DNA of 64,000 nt from Oscillospiraceae bacterium. Its GTDB lineage: Bacteria > Bacillota > Clostridia > Oscillospirales > CAG-382. The translations under genes and the position numbers were made by a program. The DNA is taken from the NCBI GenBank assembly GCA_015065165.1, contig SVQU01000009.1, positions 66-64,065 on the forward strand, written 5' to 3'. Of the stretch, positions 56,232-61,138 are shown piece after piece. Position 1 is the first letter of the stretch; each line of letters starts with the position of its first letter. The notes below the pieces were generated by a model. The model saw only the letters and a program-made list of their open reading frames with translations, was not told where the DNA came from and did not search any database.

Positions 56232-56290
56232 TAAACGCGCATATTACGGTATCTATCAAATTCAGTAAAAAACATATTTTCCAAGGACAG
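56232..56290 (+). pseudogene. orphan duplicate of the last 11 codons + stop + 3' flank of the 53687-56038 CDS
   Basis: The 59 bp at 56232-56290 are identical, base for base, to 56002-56060 ('TAAACGCGCATATTACGGTATCTATCAAATTCAGTAAAAAACATATTTTCCAAGGACAG'). Confidence 0.9.
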
Positions 56291-56317
56291 AGGCTAAACC
56301 CTCTGTCCTTTTGTTTT
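56283..56317 (+). terminator. rho-independent terminator (probably the original terminator of the SGNH gene)
   Basis: AAGGACAGAGG-CTAAAC-CCTCTGTCCTT followed by TTGTTTT. Confidence 0.7.
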
Positions 56318-56448
56318 GATACCGTTTGATTAAAGCCGATTTTGTGATATGTAAAAATACAGGACAGAACGTTTGGTTTTTGGGGTATAGCACAATTTTT
56401 TGGTGTGTTAATTGTATAAAGTGCCAATGCGAAAATGTCAAAAATCCA

Positions 56449-56477
56449 TTGAAAAGATAAAAGATTTTTGGTATAAT
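56449..56477 (+). promoter_or_regulatory. sigma-A promoter candidate
   Basis: TTGAAA (56449-56454), 17-nt spacer, TATAAT (56472-56477). Confidence 0.55.
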
Positions 56478-56518
56478 GATAAGCGCACATGCTATAAAAA
56501 CTCACAAAGGAGAAAATT

Positions 56519-59500
56519 ATGAAACGTACATTAAGCTTTATCGTTACGTTGGCGATGTTGCTTTCACTGTTCACCGTTTTTGCGGTTACACCCGCTTCTG
56601 CGGCAACAGTTATCGGCAATAATTCGCCCGCTATCCGTGCAAACGTTGGCGAGACAATCACTCTTTCCAACTATTCGGTTACCTTCGATGGCGATACTAC
56701 CGCTACCTCCAACGTTACTTGGAAGAACGGCAGCAGCACCATCACCACCTTTAAGCCTACCGCTAAAGGCGTAACCACTCTTACCGCTACCAGCGGCAGC
56801 AAAACCAAAAACATTTACGTTGTTGCAAAGAATTCTTCCGATACCGAATATGTTCTTTATGAAGCAACAATGTCTAACTTCAGCTCTGTTTCTGCTCTTA
56901 CAAGCGCAGGTTGGACCTTTACCAACTCCGCCAGAGCTTCCAAGGGCAGCGACGGCGCGTTGGTTCTCGGCGTTACCGGCAAATGGGATGCTACCAGCGC
57001 ATATCTTCCTTCCTGGTTGGGTGATTTCGGTAACTATAAGTTTTCCGCGAACGTAAAGTTCAGCGCCTTTGCCGAAAGCGATAAATCCCGTTGGTTCTCG
57101 CTTATGACACGTACGGAAAACCGTACCTGCACCGCCCACTATACTCACGCGGCTTTCCGTGGCAACAATACCGCCTCTAACGGTATCGAGTTTGCTGAAA
57201 GATACGCTACTGATTCCGGAAGCGATTGGAACGTTGCTCTTAAAACCCCCGGTACTTATACCGACCTTACCGATGCTTACCGCGATTTCAGCATTCTCTC
57301 TGTAGATAACACCTTCCGTGTGGATATCGCAGGCAAGCAGATGATTTACGTTGCTCCCTCCTCCTACCTCTCTTTGTCTAAAAAGCAGGTTTACAAGGGA
57401 CATCTCGGTTTCCAGGCTTCGGGCTGTACCATCGCAATAAAGAGCGTTAAGATCACTCTTGAGGATACCGTTCCCGAAGAAATTATCGATACAAAACTTA
57501 TTTATAACAGCTATCACGATGCGGATAACCTCGTTAACCCCATCGCTAATATTCAGAGAGTTTCCAGCGTTACCGCGGCAAACCTCGATAAGCTTTCGGT
57601 TGCATATATCGACCTTACCACCGGTGTAAATGCTCAGACCGCATTTAAAACCTGTATAGACAACAAGGTTGTACCTACCTTCTATGCAACCACCACCGCT
57701 CATGCAGATGCGATTATTGCGGCTTCTACCGCGTTGGGCTCTACCGACGCTACCGTTGTTTCCAACAACAAAACCGTTCTTAACCGTATCAGAGTTCACT
57801 CTACCGCTTATCCTATCCGTACAGGTCTTGTTGTGGATATTTCCACCCAGATGGCAGACGGCACCATGACCGATTACGAAGCCGACGAAATCCGTCGCGA
57901 CGTTCGTGCAATTCCCGCAACCTTCATTCTTATCGAAAGCAAATATGCCACCAAGCAGGCGGTTGCCGAGCTTCAGGAAATGGCTCTTGCGGTTTGGGTA
58001 AACGTTACTTCTACCCCCAACACCGATGCATTTAACATCGAAGCTATGAAGGCTATCACCTCCGGCGCAAACGGTCTTGTTTCCAACAGCGCGGCAGGCG
58101 TTTCTTCTCTTATTAAAACCCACATTCAGGCAAGAGCATTCACCCGTACACCTATCACCATCGGTCATAGAGGTAACCCCGGTGTTGCTGCCGAAAACAC
58201 TATCGAAAGCTTCCAGGCTGCTTATGAAAACGGCGGCGACGTTTTCGAAATCGACGTTGAATGTACCAAGGACGGCGTTATCGTTATTCTCCATGACGGT
58301 ACTCTTACCCGTACTACAACCTATACAGGCTCTACCTCTATCAGAAATATGACATGGGCGGAGGCTAAGAAATATCACGTTCTTGACCTTAACGGTAACT
58401 CCACCGGCAAGCCTATCCCCACCTTGAAAGAGGTTCTCGACTGGGCAAAGGGCAAGGATATTAAGATTTTCGTTGAATTTAAGGATAATTCCACCACCTG
58501 CGTAAACGGCACTATGGCTGATATCGTAGAACGCGGTATGACACAGCAGGTTGATATTATCTCCTTTAATACCACCGCACTTAAGCTTGCAAGAACTGCA
58601 GTTCCCGGTATCTCCACAGGTTATCTTAACGGTAACGATATTACCGGTTCTACCTATTCTATGGCTCTTAAGCTCTTCGAAGGCAGAATCGAACCCGCAC
58701 AGCGCGAATGGTCCACCGTTAACTGCGGCAGCTATAACAACCAGGTTACTAACCTTGCGGTTCAGGTTGCTACCGACCGCGGTATGACTATGTGGCCCTG
58801 GACCTATGGCTACAGCAACACCTCTGCTGCATTCTTCGACTGTCCCGACGGTATCACCACCGACAATATGGAAGTTATGAAGGATATGGTTAAGACCGTT
58901 CATGCAAAGAACTTTGTAATGCTTCCCGGTCAGACCTACGGCGGCGGCGCGCTTACCTCCGAAACCTACGGTAACACTCTTACCAGCGTTAGCGCAAACA
59001 ATACAATCGTTTCGGTTGTTGCAGGCGACAGCGTTAAGGTTGAAAACGGCAAGCTTGTTGCTGTTAAAGAAGGTATCTCCACCGTTGTTATGGCGGTTAA
59101 ATCCTGGACCTACCTCGGTAAAGAATATATCGTATACAGCCAGCCCGTTCAGGTAAGAGTAGGCACAGGCGACCCTGCGGTTCTCGAGCCTCTCGTTGAA
59201 ATGGCAAAATCGGCTACCATCAATTCTCTTTCCGAATCTGACCTCGCAACTCTCCGTGAATATTGCGACAAGGCTGTTGCACTTATCAACAGCTCTAACC
59301 CCAAGGAAGCCGAAGTTAAGGCAACCGCAGAAGCATTGAACAATATCATTGCTAAGTTCATCGTTGAAAAATATATCGCTCCTGCTCCCAACTATTATAA
59401 GTGGGACAGCGCAACAGGCGGCCCCAGCACCGAGCTTAACGAAACCTATGTCGACGACGGCGTTCGTCTTGTAGACGGTAAGAAGAGCCATGTTGCAGGT

Positions 59501-60460
59501 AATACCAATGCATATTCCGCATGGCAGAAGACCTCCGACGGCAAGATTGAAATCATTCTCGATTGCAGCAACCCTGCCCAGAGAGATACCTTCAAGGCAT
59601 ATTTCGCCTCTAACAGCATTTGGGGTGTTAAGGCGCCTGCAAATATGGAGGTTTCCTATTCTACCGATAACAAAACCTTTACACAGTTGGGCGGCGCTAC
59701 TCTTACCAAGCGTCAAATTCCCGACGTGGGCGAATTGAGCGACAACGTTTGGAGCCGTTGGGAATACACCGTAAAAGCTCCTTCGGTTGTTACCGCAAGA
59801 TATTATAAGTTCACCATCTATTTCGAGGGCAGCTTCATTTGGATTGATGAAATCGAAGCCGCTAACGAAAGCAGCGATCTTATTTATATTAATAAGGTTA
59901 ACAACAGAATTAATGCAGGCGAAGCGGGTATTTATACCTCCTCCTTCGGCGAATTGAACAAGCAAACCGCAAACAACATTTGGACAGTGAATATCACTGC
60001 AAAATGGGATGCTTCCAAGGATGCGTACGTGGTTAGCAACGTAGCCTTCGGCGACGGCACCGACAAGCCCGTAACTATTGCTTCGGATGAAATTTATATC
60101 GCTGTTCACGAATGGGAATTGAACACTCTTGATGAAATGCCCGTTGTCGGCAGTGCTCATAACTTGAATCTTGCAAAGGTTGCACAGGTTGGCGACGTGG
60201 TTGAATTCTACGGTATCGATACCGATACTTGGGAGTTCGGCCCTGCACCCAGCATTAAGTTTGTAAGCGAATCCAACAAGGGCGACCTCAACGACAACGG
60301 CGAAATCGATGCTGTTGACTACTCCTTGCTGAAGCGTGCATACTTTGGTATCTTTGCCAGTAATAGCAGTGTTTCTGATATTAATGGCAACGGTGAAGTG
60401 GATGCGGTAGACTACTCCTTGCTTAAACGTGCATACTTCGGTATTTACAGCCTTGCATAA
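56519..60460 (+). CDS. secreted multidomain glycerophosphodiester phosphodiesterase (GDPD) with C-terminal dockerin (paralog 2)
   Basis: 1313-aa ORF with the same architecture as 12461-16363; the N-terminal ~130 aa are nearly identical by eye. Canonical GDPD core 'GHRGNPGVAAENTIESFQAAYENGGDVFEIDVECTKDGVIVILHDGTLTRTT'. Discoidin-like module ('ARYYKFTIYF..WIDEIEA'). Dockerin repeats 'GDLNDNGEIDAVDYSLLKRAYFGIF' / 'DINGNGEVDAVDYSLLKRAYFGIY'. Confidence 0.88.
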   Translation: MKRTLSFIVTLAMLLSLFTVFAVTPASAATVIGNNSPAIRANVGETITLSNYSVTFDGDTTATSNVTWKNGSSTITTFKPTAKGVTTLTATSGSKTKNIYVVAKNSSDTEYVLYEATMSNFSSVSALTSAGWTFTNSARASKGSDGALVLGVTGKWDATSAYLPSWLGDFGNYKFSANVKFSAFAESDKSRWFSLMTRTENRTCTAHYTHAAFRGNNTASNGIEFAERYATDSGSDWNVALKTPGTYTDLTDAYRDFSILSVDNTFRVDIAGKQMIYVAPSSYLSLSKKQVYKGHLGFQASGCTIAIKSVKITLEDTVPEEIIDTKLIYNSYHDADNLVNPIANIQRVSSVTAANLDKLSVAYIDLTTGVNAQTAFKTCIDNKVVPTFYATTTAHADAIIAASTALGSTDATVVSNNKTVLNRIRVHSTAYPIRTGLVVDISTQMADGTMTDYEADEIRRDVRAIPATFILIESKYATKQAVAELQEMALAVWVNVTSTPNTDAFNIEAMKAITSGANGLVSNSAAGVSSLIKTHIQARAFTRTPITIGHRGNPGVAAENTIESFQAAYENGGDVFEIDVECTKDGVIVILHDGTLTRTTTYTGSTSIRNMTWAEAKKYHVLDLNGNSTGKPIPTLKEVLDWAKGKDIKIFVEFKDNSTTCVNGTMADIVERGMTQQVDIISFNTTALKLARTAVPGISTGYLNGNDITGSTYSMALKLFEGRIEPAQREWSTVNCGSYNNQVTNLAVQVATDRGMTMWPWTYGYSNTSAAFFDCPDGITTDNMEVMKDMVKTVHAKNFVMLPGQTYGGGALTSETYGNTLTSVSANNTIVSVVAGDSVKVENGKLVAVKEGISTVVMAVKSWTYLGKEYIVYSQPVQVRVGTGDPAVLEPLVEMAKSATINSLSESDLATLREYCDKAVALINSSNPKEAEVKATAEALNNIIAKFIVEKYIAPAPNYYKWDSATGGPSTELNETYVDDGVRLVDGKKSHVAGNTNAYSAWQKTSDGKIEIILDCSNPAQRDTFKAYFASNSIWGVKAPANMEVSYSTDNKTFTQLGGATLTKRQIPDVGELSDNVWSRWEYTVKAPSVVTARYYKFTIYFEGSFIWIDEIEAANESSDLIYINKVNNRINAGEAGIYTSSFGELNKQTANNIWTVNITAKWDASKDAYVVSNVAFGDGTDKPVTIASDEIYIAVHEWELNTLDEMPVVGSAHNLNLAKVAQVGDVVEFYGIDTDTWEFGPAPSIKFVSESNKGDLNDNGEIDAVDYSLLKRAYFGIFASNSSVSDINGNGEVDAVDYSLLKRAYFGIYSLA

Positions 60461-60493
60461 TAGAAAACCGTAAAAGTATAAAATAATATAACC

Positions 60494-60719
60494 ATAAAAG
60501 CCGAGGACACGTGATCCTCCCCGCAAAATGTAATTTTGCGGGGACCCCATTACTCGGCTTTTATACCTTAGAGGTTCGCAAGTTTGGACAAGATGCAAAG
60601 CATCGCGCACAAACTTGGCGCGAGCAACGGACCCTAAAAACGCCCGCGTTTTAAAGGGGTAGTGTCCGAACCTCAAAAAACGCACGAAAATAGGTGTTTT
60701 CGTGCGAGAGCGAAGCGAC
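60494..60719 (+). repeat. structured interspersed repeat, copy B (family 'S')
   Basis: H0 arms ATAAAAGCCGAG/CTCGGCTTTTAT (60494-60564) enclose ACACGTGATCC plus a CCCCGCAAAAT..ATTTTGCGGGG module. Then follow ACCTTAGAG, P1 (60571-60578/60667-60674), P2 (60579-60586/60610-60617), GCGCGAGCAACGG, hairpin ACCCTAAAAAC..GTTTTAAAGGGG, H4 (60681-60706) and tail AGAGCGAAGCGAC ending at 60719. Confidence 0.7.
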
Positions 60720-60722
60720 AAC

Positions 60723-60829
60723 CGTGCATACTTCGGTATCTACAGCCTTGCATAAAAGAAAATCGTAAAAGCATAAAACAAAATAAGTATATAACGATAA
60801 AAGCCGAGGCGTATGTCCTCGGCTTTTAT
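60723..60829 (+). pseudogene. orphan diverged duplicate of the last 10 codons + stop + terminator of the 56519-60460 CDS
   Basis: CGTGCATACTTCGGTATCTACAGCCTTGCATAA (60723-60755) differs at 1 of 33 positions from 60428-60460. The following 3' flank and terminator arms (AAAAGCCGAGG/CCTCGGCTTTT) are also duplicated, with a few substitutions and indels. Confidence 0.8.
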
Positions 60830-61017
60830 AGTTTTACTGACAGAACAAATGTTTCTGCGTCGTGCGCCATATTTTGCGCTTCGATTTTTTCTTGCTGTCT
60901 ATTTCTTGTGGTTTCGAGCAAACAGAGGTGTCCGAATGGGGCGATGGAAAAGCAGAAAACCAAGTATTTTGGCGGTTTTTTTGTACACATTTTGTCTATT
61001 AAAACCAATAAGTAATA

Positions 61018-61046
61018 TTGACAATAGGGCGATTTTGTGGTATCAT
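61018..61046 (+). promoter_or_regulatory. sigma-A promoter candidate
   Basis: TTGACA (61018-61023), 17-nt spacer, TATCAT (61041-61046). About a 90-nt leader precedes ATG 61139. Confidence 0.55.
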
Positions 61047-61138
61047 TACAATGTATATATGTGGACTTCGATATTTCGCTATTCGAACCGATTTCGGAAT
61101 ACCGTTTCCCAAAAAATCAAAAGAAAGGAACTCCCAGA

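Noticed and set aside
56002-56290. Diversity-generating retroelement (VR/TR pair) as the explanation for the duplicated dockerin 3' ends
   Set aside because: Copy C's repeats are identical. Copy B's differences (T/C, T/A, C/T, indels) are not adenine-specific. The repeats include the stop codon and terminator rather than a variable coding region, and no reverse transcriptase ORF is nearby.
56564-60721. 1385-aa minus-strand ORF, the longest in the track
   Set aside because: It is exactly codon-aligned antisense to the well-supported 1313-aa GDPD/dockerin gene. Its translation is low-complexity (rich in G/C/N/V/R) with no motifs, and it has no RBS. It is explained by absence of TTA/CTA/TCA codons in the sense gene.
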